Of a stretch of 64,000 nt of DNA, positions 11,230 through 22,665 are shown in pieces. Numbering within the stretch: position 1 is the stretch's first letter; each line of letters opens with the position of its first letter. The notes under the pieces were generated by a model, which was given only the letters and a program-made list of their open reading frames with translations, was not told the origin of the DNA and ran no database searches. This DNA is from Macrostomum lignano (lineage: Eukaryota): contig NIVC01000197.1 of assembly GCA_002269645.1 (NCBI GenBank), positions 496,001 through 560,000 of the forward strand. The letters are read 5' to 3'. The position numbers were made by a program, and so were the translations under genes.

Positions 11230-12480
11230 TATATATATCATGTTTTAATGCAACTATGAAGCACAGTGATTCTAATAATGGTACATGCTTAGAGAATTGA
11301 GCACATACTACTATGTAGTGCATATAAAAATCTTAACCAAATTAAGTTTCTATTGCCTATGGTAACTGATAGTTCAAATCATTATATAGAGATATAACCT
11401 AGTTATCTAGGAATATTGTCATGTTCCATAGCCTTATTGCAGCCTATAGCCATTATTGCAGATAGCGTCTAGCATGGATTAGCCTTATTGGAAAAAGTTT
11501 TTAAATGGTAGATGACTATCACTTTTTCTTTATTCTTTCCTCTTTGTATAATTTTCAATTGCTCTAAAGCCAGCTAAGCCAAAGGCTACATTGCTAGTTA
11601 TGGGCCATTTAGTTTTACCAAGGATAACTTTGAATTTTTGATAGACAATAAAGCCACAAGATTATAAATGTAGTTGAATTTTAATTTTGCTAAAATTTAT
11701 ATTAGAGTATATTGCATTACTATATTTATTCTCTACTATATATAATAGAAAGATAATTGTTGAACCATTAATCCATTATTTGCCAGCTAATATTTAAAGT
11801 TCAATTTTTTGTTATTTCAATGTGCCAAATTCCACATAATTTAGTAGTTTAAACAAAACATGTCTAAACAATTGCTAGCACTATTTATTTTTGCTTATAT
11901 TTATATTTTTCTAAAAATCTATTGTATTTCTCAAAACTTATTTTCAATTAATTTTTTTATTAAATTTTAGATAAAAAATGCAAAACACTAGCACTAGCTT
12001 TTATACAATACAATACAAAGTCTATATAAATGATAAAGAAATGGTATAAATGTAGAAATATGGATTGTCCCAAAACAGCCACATTTAAAATGTAGCCTAT
12101 ATAGTAGCATTGGCTATATAACTTATTTAGACAGTTATATCAGACAATCACAGACAGTGCCAGATTTAGTTTTTTTTTCAAATTTTGGAAAGGATTTGAT
12201 TTTTGAAGGGCTGTGTTTAGTTTAAGCTTGGCCTCCATCAAACAGTTTCTCAATCTGTGCCTAATCAAGATCTACCAGTGCACAGGTTTTCAGCTTTATG
12301 CAGCATATTTGCATATTAGAAAAGCTATAATTGAAACCATTTCAGATTTGGCATTTTCTGTTCTGGCATTTTGAAAACGCCAATGGATAATATAGGTAAG
12401 CATTTATTTGGATACATACTGAAGTGTAAATAGTAGAGCACTGTAACTTCTGCTAGACGTTTTGTCATCACTCAATTTAG

Positions 12481-14770
12481 CCGGCGCAGGTGCGGTGACA
12501 CTACGCGTGCTGTCGTGGAACACTGAGGGGCTCAACTCGGAGCAGCTGGCAGCGCGCACAGAATCTGTGGCCAACTGCATCCTGGCGCACGATGTTCACG
12601 TGGCCCTGCTTCAGGAGGTCGTGCCCGCCAGCTTTGACCAGCTGCTTCAGTGGCTAAGCAACTATCGCCTGCTGCCGGGCGGTCACACAGACCATTATTT
12701 TGTGGCCACCCTGATCAAAGATTCTGTGCAGTGCCTGGACTGTCGGGTCCTGCCGTTGGACAATTCTAGAATGGGCCGCTGTCTGCTGGCCTGCAATGTG
12801 CAGCTTGGCGACAAGCAGGCCCGGCTGTTCAACTGTCATTTGGAATCTGGCGCTTCTCAGACTGCCGAACGGCGCGCCCAGCTGGTCACCTGTCTGCGCG
12901 CCATGACCTCGTCTGCCGCGACCCGCTCCCTGCTTGGTGAGCGCAAACAATTCAAAAGTTCTCTCCGATTTCTAAGAAACTTTTTAAGAGCAGCATAGCC
13001 TACGTATTTCTATGTCAAGTCTTACAGGGGGAATTGCTATAATAATGTCAAGGCTTACAGGGGAACGGCTATAATGTCAAGGCTTACAGGGGGAATTGCT
13101 ATAATGTCAAGGCTTACAGGGGGAATTGCTATAATGTCAAGGCTTACAGGGGGAATTGCTATAATGTCAAGGCTTACAGGGGGAATTGCTATAATAATGT
13201 CAAGGCTTACAGGGGGAATAGCTATAATGTCAAGGCTTACAGGGGGAATTGCTATAATAATGTCAAGGCTTACAGGGGGAATTGCTATAATGTCAAGGGT
13301 TGGGGGAATTGCTGAGATGTCAAGGCTTGGGGGAATTGCTGAGGTGTCAAGGCTTGGGGGAATTGCTGAGGTGTCGAGGCTTGAGTGGAATTGCTTAAAT
13401 GTCAAGGCTTGAGTGGAATTGCTGAGATGTCAAGGCTTGAGTGGAATTGCTGAGATGTCAAGGCTTGAGTGGAATTGCTGAGATGTCAAGGCTTGAGTGG
13501 AATTGCTGAGATGTCAAGGCTTGGGGGAATTGCTGAGATGTCAAGGCTTGGGGGAATTGCTGAGATGTCAAGGCTTGAGTGGAATTGCTTAAATGTCAAG
13601 GCTTGAGTGGAATTGCTTAAATGTCAAGGCTTGAGTGGAATTGCTGAGGTGTCAAGGCTTTAGTAGAATTGCTGAGATGTCAAGGCTTGGGGGAATTGCT
13701 GAGATGTCAAGGCTTGGGGGAATTGCTTAAATGTCAAGGCTTGAGTGGAATTGCTGAGATGTCAAGGCTTGAGTGGAATTGCTGAGATGTCAAGGCTTGA
13801 GTGGAATTGCTGAGATGTCAAGGCTTGAGTGGAATTGCTTAAATGTCAAGGCTTGAGTGGAATTGCTGAGGTGTCAAGGCTTTAGTAGAATTGCTGAGAT
13901 GTCAAGGCTTGGGGAAATTGCTGAGATGTCAAGGCTTGGGGGAATTGCTTAAATGTCAAGGCTTGAGTGGAATTGCTGAGATGTCAAGGCTTGAGTGGAA
14001 TTGCTGAGATATCAAGGCTTGAGTGGAATTGCTGAGATGTCAAGGCTTGAGTGGAATTGCTGAGATGTCAAGGCTTGAGTGGAATTGCTGAGATGTCAGG
14101 TAAATAGGATTCTGTCAGTAGACTTCTTGCAGACTCAATGTTTACAGAGTACGCAACTTTGACGATTGATAAAAGTCTTAATTAGTCCGAAGAATCCCAA
14201 TAATAAAACAAATTAGCGATGCAATTCATCCAACTTGGAAAAACGCGGGTGCCAATTTGGCATCCGAGGTCCAAATTCAGCATGCTATTAAAGCCGATGT
14301 ATCTTGACACACTCAGAAAAAAAAATTATGACAAAAATAAATGAATGACCAGCTTAGCTGATAAACTTTATGTTCTAATTATGTTCAAATCAGAATCTGT
14401 TCGCCATTCCGCTATAACAAAACCATCCGATTCAATAAAACAAACAGGCGGCGATTTCAATATAATGTGCAGCGACGAGCTGAAATCGGCGGGCGGCCTG
14501 CCCGATACGGTCTCGGACGCGTGGGAGGCCAGCGGCCGGCCCAAAGGTGAAAAGTACACGTGGGACGCAGCTAAAAATTTGAACGCTGCCCGGCGTTGCG
14601 GCCGGCGCTGTATTGGCCGTTTGATGCGGTCCAGTTACCGGCCCGATCGCCTGCTAGTGCGCGGCATGACAGTTGATAGGTTCGAGCTGTGCGGGCGGGA
14701 CAGGCCGCCAGGCCTGCAGATGCACACTTCTGATCACTACGGCCTGCTGGTCAGTCTAGTCCTGGATTGA
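12481..14770 (+). CDS. TDP2: Tyrosyl-DNA phosphodiesterase 2 (EEP fold); exons 12481-12936 and 14448-14770; 5' exon not located
   Basis: Motifs SWN, LQEV, HLES, GGDFN (formed across the GT-AG junction), GGLP..V.DAWE..GRP...YTWD and SDH. The exon phases are consistent. Confidence 0.85.
13012..14098. repeat. Intronic minisatellite, 28-30-bp units (tcaaggcttacagggggaattgctataatg grading into tcaaggcttgagtggaattgctgagatg)
   Basis: Tandem copies fill most of the TDP2 intron. Confidence 0.95.
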
Positions 14771-16316
14771 GGCTGAATGCTTTTGCAGTTTCCCAGAGGT
14801 CATATGAACACCCACCTCCCCTAATCTTTCTCGCGCAGGGTGAGTTACTGGTAAGCACCCTTTAGACCGCCAACTTCGCTCGTAGAGGTAAAAAACGAAA
14901 ATGTACTTGAAAAAAGTGCAATATAGAGAGAGAATCGGTTTTCTAATTTTGGCTATCTAGATTTGTCTGCGACTTTAACACCGAATACCTACCTGCCAAC
15001 CATTGCTTTGTACAATCGCCAGTGCTTTTGTCTGTCAGTCTCATTAATACTAATGCCATTGTCTCGCATAGTTAAAGCTTTTTTGTCATATTGAGCTGAC
15101 AAATTTTTACGGGGATTTTTTAGGACACTTATCCCATCTTGTGGATAGATGATCTTTGGTCACCATGCGCGAATAGCAATTCTTTACTTGATTGTGTTTG
15201 GCTTGCAGTCTGTGGGAGACTGCAGCTTGGAGTGGGAATTCTTATCTTGATGGCCCTAATGATTAATTTATAAACTGACAAAACTACTAAGAAGCTGCCA
15301 GCTCATCTTGCTATTGATTAGTGTGCTTTAATTCAAAATTAAACTCATCATTTTCGAATCGCTTACTCTGCATGTCCTTTGTTTCTAGATTATTTAGATT
15401 AGACGAGCTTAAGCACCAGGTGCTTTATTATTATAAAATTATAAACTTCAGATTCACCGATGATTCGCCCGCATCGAGCGTTGGCCCGTCTGTATTTCCC
15501 CTGTCGCGTCTTTTAAGGATTCTTTGTATAAAATGCTCCATCATCATAAGATTAATTCTAATAAAAGTATTCTATTCTTTGCTTGTAGCAGTTTATATTT
15601 TCAACAAAGAACTGCGATGAAGTTCTTTTGCTTTTGCTGGACTTCGCTCTCTATATTTACCTGTAAAGACTGTCTTTTTATAAATATTTCTGCGAGAATA
15701 GAAATGAAATTCTCTAATTTTATTGCTGCTTGTCCATATAGAGAAGCAGAAATATATCTGCTGGTGCAACTTAACAGCGTGTAAAGATTTTTTGCTTTTA
15801 TAATTTAAAGCTACTTCTTACTATGAAAGAATAAAAATAACTAATTAAAAAACTTTAACTGCTTCATTATTTACTTGTTTTGCGCATAGACAAGCCAAGT
15901 GGAAGAACGCTACGTTTGATTTCTTAGAAATAAGCTGAAAGCAGTCAAGGAACCTTTATTTGTAGTACCGCAAAGCGCTGAAAGAGGTTTTGCCATAGAC
16001 AATTTCGGTTGAGAAAAAACGATCTCTTCTCTTCCAGTTATTTTCTAGGAAAATCGAGTTTAGCGCCCCTTCCACTGCATTTCCATGATTTTAGATGAAT
16101 ACCTGCTTAGTGTATTTAGCATCAGCACAAGTGAATAGCATGCGTATGTACGTACATGGAATGGATAGCACATTTGTTAGTTATACTGGTATAATAAAAT
16201 ATGACATAAGTATAGCTCGCATTAACTAATGTGTAAGCTATTAAGAATAAAGCAGTAAAACTTATAACTTAATTAACAAGCGGAAGCGGACAGGGGCCGT
16301 AGCAGAGTGGAAAGTT

Positions 16317-16420
16317 AGGGCCGCTGTACACTCCTGTGCCTGTGCGTACGTACCTGCGCGCTTATGTGCCACTCGCCGGTTGTGTGACAGTGTCGCTTAA
16401 AGTGCGCCAGGGTGCGCCAA
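16317..16420 (+). mobile_element. Dispersed repeat family (copies also at ~39007-39150 and ~41623-41793), probably a non-autonomous DNA transposon
   Basis: Shared core agggccgctgtacactcctgt...gcgtacgta...gccggttgtgtgaca.tgtc.cttaaa occurs in three places, with CAGGGG-like termini nearby but no TSD. Confidence 0.65.
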
Positions 16421-16622
16421 GGTGCTGGTGGTGGCCTCATTAAGTGGAGGCCCAAGCAGCACGTTATAAAAGCATTATAATGATCAAAGAAAATTACAAA
16501 ATGTGATATTCTGAGTAATGAAACGCAGCAAAATTGCGAAAAATGATTAATCAGAAGCTGCTCATTTAAAACTCAAATCTAGCTACTTAAAAATGGAGTG
16601 GCCCAGTAGTCTGACAAGGTCA

Positions 16623-18196
16623 TTATATATTAACCATGATTTTTTCCACCGGCTTTCGAGTCAGATTAGGCACCTGGGCATTGTGGGCCGCGTAGCCAAG
16701 CGGCAGAAGCAGGTGCACCTTCTCGTTGGGCGGCCGGCCGAGCAGTCGGCGAAGCGCTGGCCCGGCGTTCATCGGCGTGCTGGTTAAAGTGCACAGGCCG
16801 ACATTCTGCACAGCGGCCAGGAATAATCCGGCTGAGATGCTAACCGAGATTTCCGAGTAATAGTGCTGCCGCTTCTCCTCCGACCGCTGCGCCAGCCGTG
16901 CACCTGTCCAATTGCATTTCAAGGTGGTTATGGGCTATCCAATATTTATCTTTCAGTGGGCTGCTATCTCTCAGTTCTGCAGTGGCTGAGCTACCTCTCT
17001 CACGTCTCAGTTCAGATTGAAAAGAATCAATGTACATACAGAATTCTAATTTTGTCCAAAGAGAGGTTTAACCTACTTTTTAGTGTTTTTTATCGCTCTG
17101 TAAGAAATTTGATTCGCATCCTTTTCTTGCTACTCGTTAGTAGCAAGGCAACCATCACACAAAAAAGTGCGTCGAGCACTAACTTGCGTACCTGTCGCAT
17201 AAGCACAACAATAACCGGAGCCTCAGTAAGATACGGCTTCTCCCAGCTAGTCCGCAGTTTAGCCAAGTCCGCCTTCCACTCTGCGCTCATCCTTCTGGCG
17301 TAGTTAATCTCCTCTTCCTCTTCCACAATCTCCCGGATGCGCCGCTTCATCAGCTCGTTAGTGACGCACACGTAGGTCCAGGGCTCGGTGTGGGCGCCGC
17401 TGGGCGAGGAGCCGGCCGCTGTGACCAGCAGCCGCACCACTTCGGGGTCCACCGGCCGCTCACTGAACTGGCGGCACGAGCGCCTGCGGCTCAGCAAGTT
17501 GGCAAAGTCGGTCGCCCGTTTCAACATCTCGGATTCGGAATAGGCGACATTGGAATACGGCACCAGGCTGAGTTCCGCCTCTTCACCAGCTGACTGCTCC
17601 GAGCTGTCTTTGTCTGTCTTGTCTTCAGATTCCCCAGCTTCTTCTTCATCTTCGTCGTCATCTTCTTCCGGATCGACTGATTCATCCACAACCGGGGGGC
17701 GGCCTCGCCGACGCCTGAGCTCGCTTTGTGGCGCCTGCTTTAAAGTCGCTGCTGGCTTTGATTTCTGCTTCTGCTGTTGCTGCTGCTGCTTCCGCGCTGG
17801 CATTCTGCCTTCCCCCCGCTGCTCGTCAGAGTCCTCCTCGCTATCATCCTCTTCGTCCAGCATCTCAAACAATTTGCGCTCCAGCTCGGCTGTCCGCTTC
17901 TGCGTAGCCTTCTGGTCGGCTTGCTGACTCTTCTGCTTCTGCTTCTCGGGTTGCTTAGAATTCTTTGTCTTCTGCGACTTTGAGCCCACGCTAAATGGTA
18001 GATCGCTGGGCATTGTAGCAGCGGACAGGCCGCCCCTGTACCCTGGCATGAGCCTCTCGTCTATGGGCATGTTCGGCACGGCGGTCCTGCGCTGCTGGAA
18101 CAGGTGCATCACTAGAAAGCCGATGAGCGAGCCCAGCACGGCCTGCAGCGTGGTGGAATCCTTGAACAGACTCCACAGTGTGAATGCGTCCGTCAT
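16623..18196 (-). CDS. IYD: Iodotyrosine deiodinase (nitroreductase fold) with N-terminal membrane anchor; exons 18196-17192 and 16903(or 16886)-16623
   Basis: RRSCRQFS, AGSSPSGAHTEPW, EEEEEINY.RRM..EW, EKPYL..AP, HYYSEISVSI..G, TSTPMNAGP.LR.LLGRP.NEK, PNL.RKP. There is a frame conflict at the start of exon 2 (see findings). Confidence 0.9.
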
Positions 18197-19746
18197 GGTT
18201 GGCAGGTTCCAACTAGGCAGTCAAATATTACATGAGTTGCAATTCAATTTGTTTGCTTTTTAAGCATGAACAAGATCAGGCCTTGGTTTTACCCTTATTT
18301 GAATATTTACTATCATCATATATGCAAAACTTGCTAAAAACCTAAGCATTTGCATAGTGCAACAACTTAATTATAATATGAAATACAATAGTTAGAGTCA
18401 AAGTACCAGAGGTTGTCTCAAAAGTTTTTCAGGACAGAGGTCACCATTTTTTTACATAAATTCTCAAGGAAGCTGGAAGTTTAGATACAACTATAACTAA
18501 GTCTTTAAGAAATGTTAGTGTTAGTTTTATGCAATTTAAATGGTTAAGTTCAAATATTATTACAACAATTTTTGCCCAAAATATTCCCCATCACTGTTGC
18601 TGTCACAGATATTCACTATTCATGATGATGCACTATTGGTAGTGCTCAATCAGCTTGTCAAAGAGTCTCAAAAGTGGCATTTATCTGGCTTAGGTAATGC
18701 TCTACTGTAACTGCAACTACAGTTATGGTAAAATTTGGGGTAGCACTTTTTGAGCACAATTTGATTATAGATTTGGAGCACCTTATGTAATTTCTAAACT
18801 AAATTGAAAATTCTTTTTATATGCAAAAAAAATTATTTTACCTTTTCTATTTTAACTTTTATATTCTTGGCTAAATAAAAAGATACATTATTATTGCCTA
18901 TTGCATATAAAATGTATCTATATTTGTTGTACTAAACTAGGCCTTAAAAGCCATTAAATTTGAAAGTTTTCACTGTTTGCTTGATTGCTTTTGCTTTGGC
19001 TTCAAATTTTTGCTTTTTGGTTTTTGAAATCAATGATTTTGTTAATTTTGTTGATTTAAAATATGGCTATAGGAAATTTTAGAATATGGAGATTTGACTA
19101 TCTAGAAAATAACAAATTGCAGCTACAGAGATAGCATGGTAAAATTTAGTATGGCTATGGCTATAAAGGTACAGAGGTATAGCAATAGAACACTAGGTTT
19201 AGGGATTTGCTGTTGGCACTAATCATTTCCTAAGGAGTCAAGAAAATATTGAAAAAAAGATGAAGATTTGCAATATTTTTAGAAAAAAAAGCTTAACTCT
19301 TACTTTTACTTTTATATAAACAATAGCATAAGGATATGCATTATCTCACAGAATAAAAGGTTTCTAGTGCAAAGTGCAGCCCTTGTTTAAGACAGTATTT
19401 GCAAGCAATGGAGTTGATCAATGGCATTATTATAATTAAACTATAGTACCTAGGGCCTAATATTGAATATATAAATATAGTAGTTCTATAATTAGGAACA
19501 TTCTAAATGTACCCTAGAAAAAATAATTTATTTTTTAGAATATACTAATATTATATGCCAAATAAATTACCTTTTATTAAGCTTCATATTGTCAATTTGA
19601 AATGTTATTAATAATGTATAGACAACTATTATAGTTGTTATTAGTATTGTAATTTTCAATTTTATGTGTCATACAAAAAATAGAAAATCACTTTTTGTAT
19701 ACCAACATATATGTTAATTTCTTGAGTAGTGATGGACCAAATGCAA

Positions 19747-19797
19747 GAGTAACTATGACACCTTTCTGTGACGAAAATTCCTTGTCATCTAATTAGT
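19747..19797 (+). pseudogene. Third, highly decayed 28S H69-H71 fragment
   Basis: gagtaactatgac...aaattccttgtcatctaattagt retains both conserved flanks of the same 28S segment. Confidence 0.6.
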
Positions 19798-20054
19798 AAT
19801 TGTATTAGTGCTGTACATTAATTTACTTACAAGATTCAATCTAATCTTGGGCTTATACTATATTTATCTAGTATCTGAATTGAATTAAACTCAGAATTGA
19901 ACTCAATTCTTTTATATCTACTCTAAGCACAATTACTAATACTAACTGACATTACGTTTGTGCAATTTGATAACTTTACCATGTATAGATCGGGTAGTGT
20001 AGCTTGCTTGGCTAGTAAAAGGAAAATGAATCCGCAAATCAACATAATGTAAGT

Positions 20055-20090
20055 AACGATGCGTTTCGCACTCCTAGGTGCATCTTCAGG
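20055..20090 (-). ncRNA. Minimal hammerhead ribozyme motif (probably degenerate) of a Penelope-like element
   Basis: Minus strand reads CCTGAAGA-T-GCAC-ctagga-GTGC-GAAAC-gcat-CGTT: CUGAnGA core, 4-bp helix II, GAAA and a short helix III. Helix I pairing is not evident. Confidence 0.6.
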
Positions 20091-20272
20091 TTTATTTTTT
20101 CAACAACGAAATTAAACAGGTTTTTCGAATAAATATGTGGAGTTGGTTGTAGGTAAACAAGAACAATTAGAAAAATTATTGAACAAATCGATATTGGAGA
20201 ACACATGAGTTAGTCTATATGGCAAAGTGAAGTCCAGGGGCGGAAAGAATGTACACCCAGTACTCTCTCTCA

Positions 20273-20629
20273 TCAAAAGACACGGAGTAGGTGACCCGTG
20301 CCACTATGTTGGAGTTGTGTATTTAGGCTGGGTGACTGGGCTTTTATGTGCATGGCCTCAAGAATTCTAAGTTTGAAGTCTGACTGACATTGGTCAATGA
20401 TTTTAAAGTGCTCGTTTGGGTTGCAGTTAGAGCAGCTACTACAATGCAGTAAGTGATCTTGTATAGCAGATGGTTTGAGCCAATGCTCCCTGGTTCTGGT
20501 GTGTAGGTGTCTTTTAGTTTTCCCCACGTAGGAGACGCTCTGGTCAAGAGAGCAGTTGAATTGATAGACGACACCAGCACGCAGAGCATGGGGGACATGC
20601 AATTTTAACTGGCCAACGAAGTCACCCAC
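20273..20629 (-). mobile_element. Penelope-like retroelement 3' fragment (GIY-YIG endonuclease)
   Basis: GVVYQFNCS....YVGKTKRHLHTRTREH....AIQDHL...C...FKIID......L.ILEA.HIK...PSLNTQ is the characteristic C-terminus of Penelope-like elements. The RT is absent. Confidence 0.9.
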
Positions 20630-22078
20630 TTTAACGATCCGAAAAACAACTATGATATTACAGTTAAGCGATTGGTGAAACAGTTTCTTGATTTTGCTTT
20701 AAAATCAATTTGATTTTGCTTTATAATCCTTCTTTTCACTTCAAAAGCACTATACTTTTTAGTATTAGTATTAGTATTACGTACTATCTATCGAATAGAT
20801 CTATCACTATTCTTGAGTATAGACCTACACCAAAAATTTATAGCATAGATGCCTTTTTCCTAATTATAGGTGTAGCAGTAATTGGTTACTATTTTTTTAG
20901 TAAATTTATCTATGTTTTAGGAATTACATATGGATCTACTTTATAGATACAATGAAAATTGAAAATTAGGCTTAACTTCTAAATTTAAATAACATTTCTA
21001 ATTAATTTAATATAATAAATAGGTCCTATTAAGATTCTTAAGCCTTGTTTTTTTGGTTCATTGGTTGGGGTTTTCAAGTGTCGTTGCAATAAGGCTTTTT
21101 ACAAAGATTGGTTCTAGAACCAAAATAATTCCAATTCTGGAACCAAAATTAGTAGGGAAATGAAAAGCTTCAAACCTAGGCCTAATTTATGTTTGTCAGT
21201 TTTTATAATTTTTTTGTCTTTCTTTGACTTTGTTTCTTATTGGATATGACAAAAAATGGAATATTTATATATTTTTAACAATAATAATGAAAAAATTGAC
21301 AATTTCAAATATATTTTACTGTTAAAGTATAAACATGACAATGGATTGAGAAAATTTCTTGATCCAAATTATAGAACCAGAACACAATTCTGAGTAGGCC
21401 TATCTTATTTAATATATATATATAAGATAATTCAAAGTATCTTATTTTGAATCTCTTTGTTTCATTTTGATCTTATCTTGAACAAAATCTCAATAGGGCC
21501 TATAAACCACCCATTAAAAAAGTAAAATGTTTCTGCTATATTAGGCCTGTACCCATAAATTGCACTACTGGAATACCACTGCCGGATCCATAACCGTTAG
21601 AAAATGGGTTCCAGTGGGCAGTGCCAAAACTCTAGCCATTGCCTAAAATTCATGCATCAAGAAGGTGATAGTGAGAATGTCAGAAGGTGCATAACAGAGT
21701 AAATAGCGAAATCGGACACGCGGTATATACTTTGGGGCATCTACAGAACGAAACAGGACATTTTGCATTTCGTCTAGCGAAATTATGGCGAAGGTCAATG
21801 AAAATTCAGAAGTATTCAAAGAAAAGTCAGAATAACTCCGAGAAACCCACAATTCGGTTTTGTAACGAAAAAATCTTAGAAAGTAGTGCCAGTGTTTAAC
21901 AAAAATCTTTCTGAGATTCGTCTTTAGAAGTTCATCAGTACAATAAAAGTTATTTAAACGTAGAAAATTTAAATTTGGATAAATTTACCCTCACCAGTTT
22001 GTCTATATACTGTATATTGTTTAGAAGGTGAATTGTTGTTAGTTTTAGTTTTAACATACAGGCCTGCTCTTACATTAA

Positions 22079-22665
22079 CAGTAGAACTACCAAGAGGGGG
22101 GGGGAAATTCCCCCCCCCCTGACAATTTTTTTTGCTGCGCCGGAATGGAGCAACGCAGGCACACGAAATTCAAGAACACGGGCTAACTTTTTGTTGCACA
22201 CCTTCTCAAACAAGAATCAAGTCGCCAGCCCTCCGAACCGTCGAGATATTCGACGATTCCACCTGTTGAAGGTCTAGAAGCTCCGTCTCGGTGAAGGCCA
22301 GTAACCAACGAAGTCAGAGCTGATGCAGACACATTTGGTCGACGTGCTGATGAAATTTGGAGACTTGGCAAGGCTGCACTGAGGCGCAGTGCTATTTGGC
22401 GCACAGGGGTGTACTGAATACACTAGCGCTTATGGGAAAAATCCGACCTTCTGGCAGAATCGTCGAATATCTCGACGGTCCGGAGGGCTGGCGACTTGAT
22501 TCTTGTTTGAGAAGGTGCGCAACAAAAAGTTAGCCCGTTTTCTTGAATTTCGTGTGCCTGCGTTGCTCCGTTCCGGCGCAGCAAAAAAAATTGTCAGGAG
22601 GGGGGAAATTTTTCCCCCCCTCTTGGTAGTTCGACGGGCGGAAAAATGGCTTGGTATTCCTACTG
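22079..22665. mobile_element. 587-bp foldback element with ~175-bp inverted arms, CAGTAG termini, TTAA TSD
   Basis: Arms at ~22085-22259 and ~22456-22632 are near-perfect reverse complements. TTAA flanks both sides (22075-22078, 22666-22669). Confidence 0.85.

Noticed and set aside
21563-21888. CACTA-like element (cactact...agtagtg)
   Set aside because: The inverted match is only 7-8 bp and there is no TSD.
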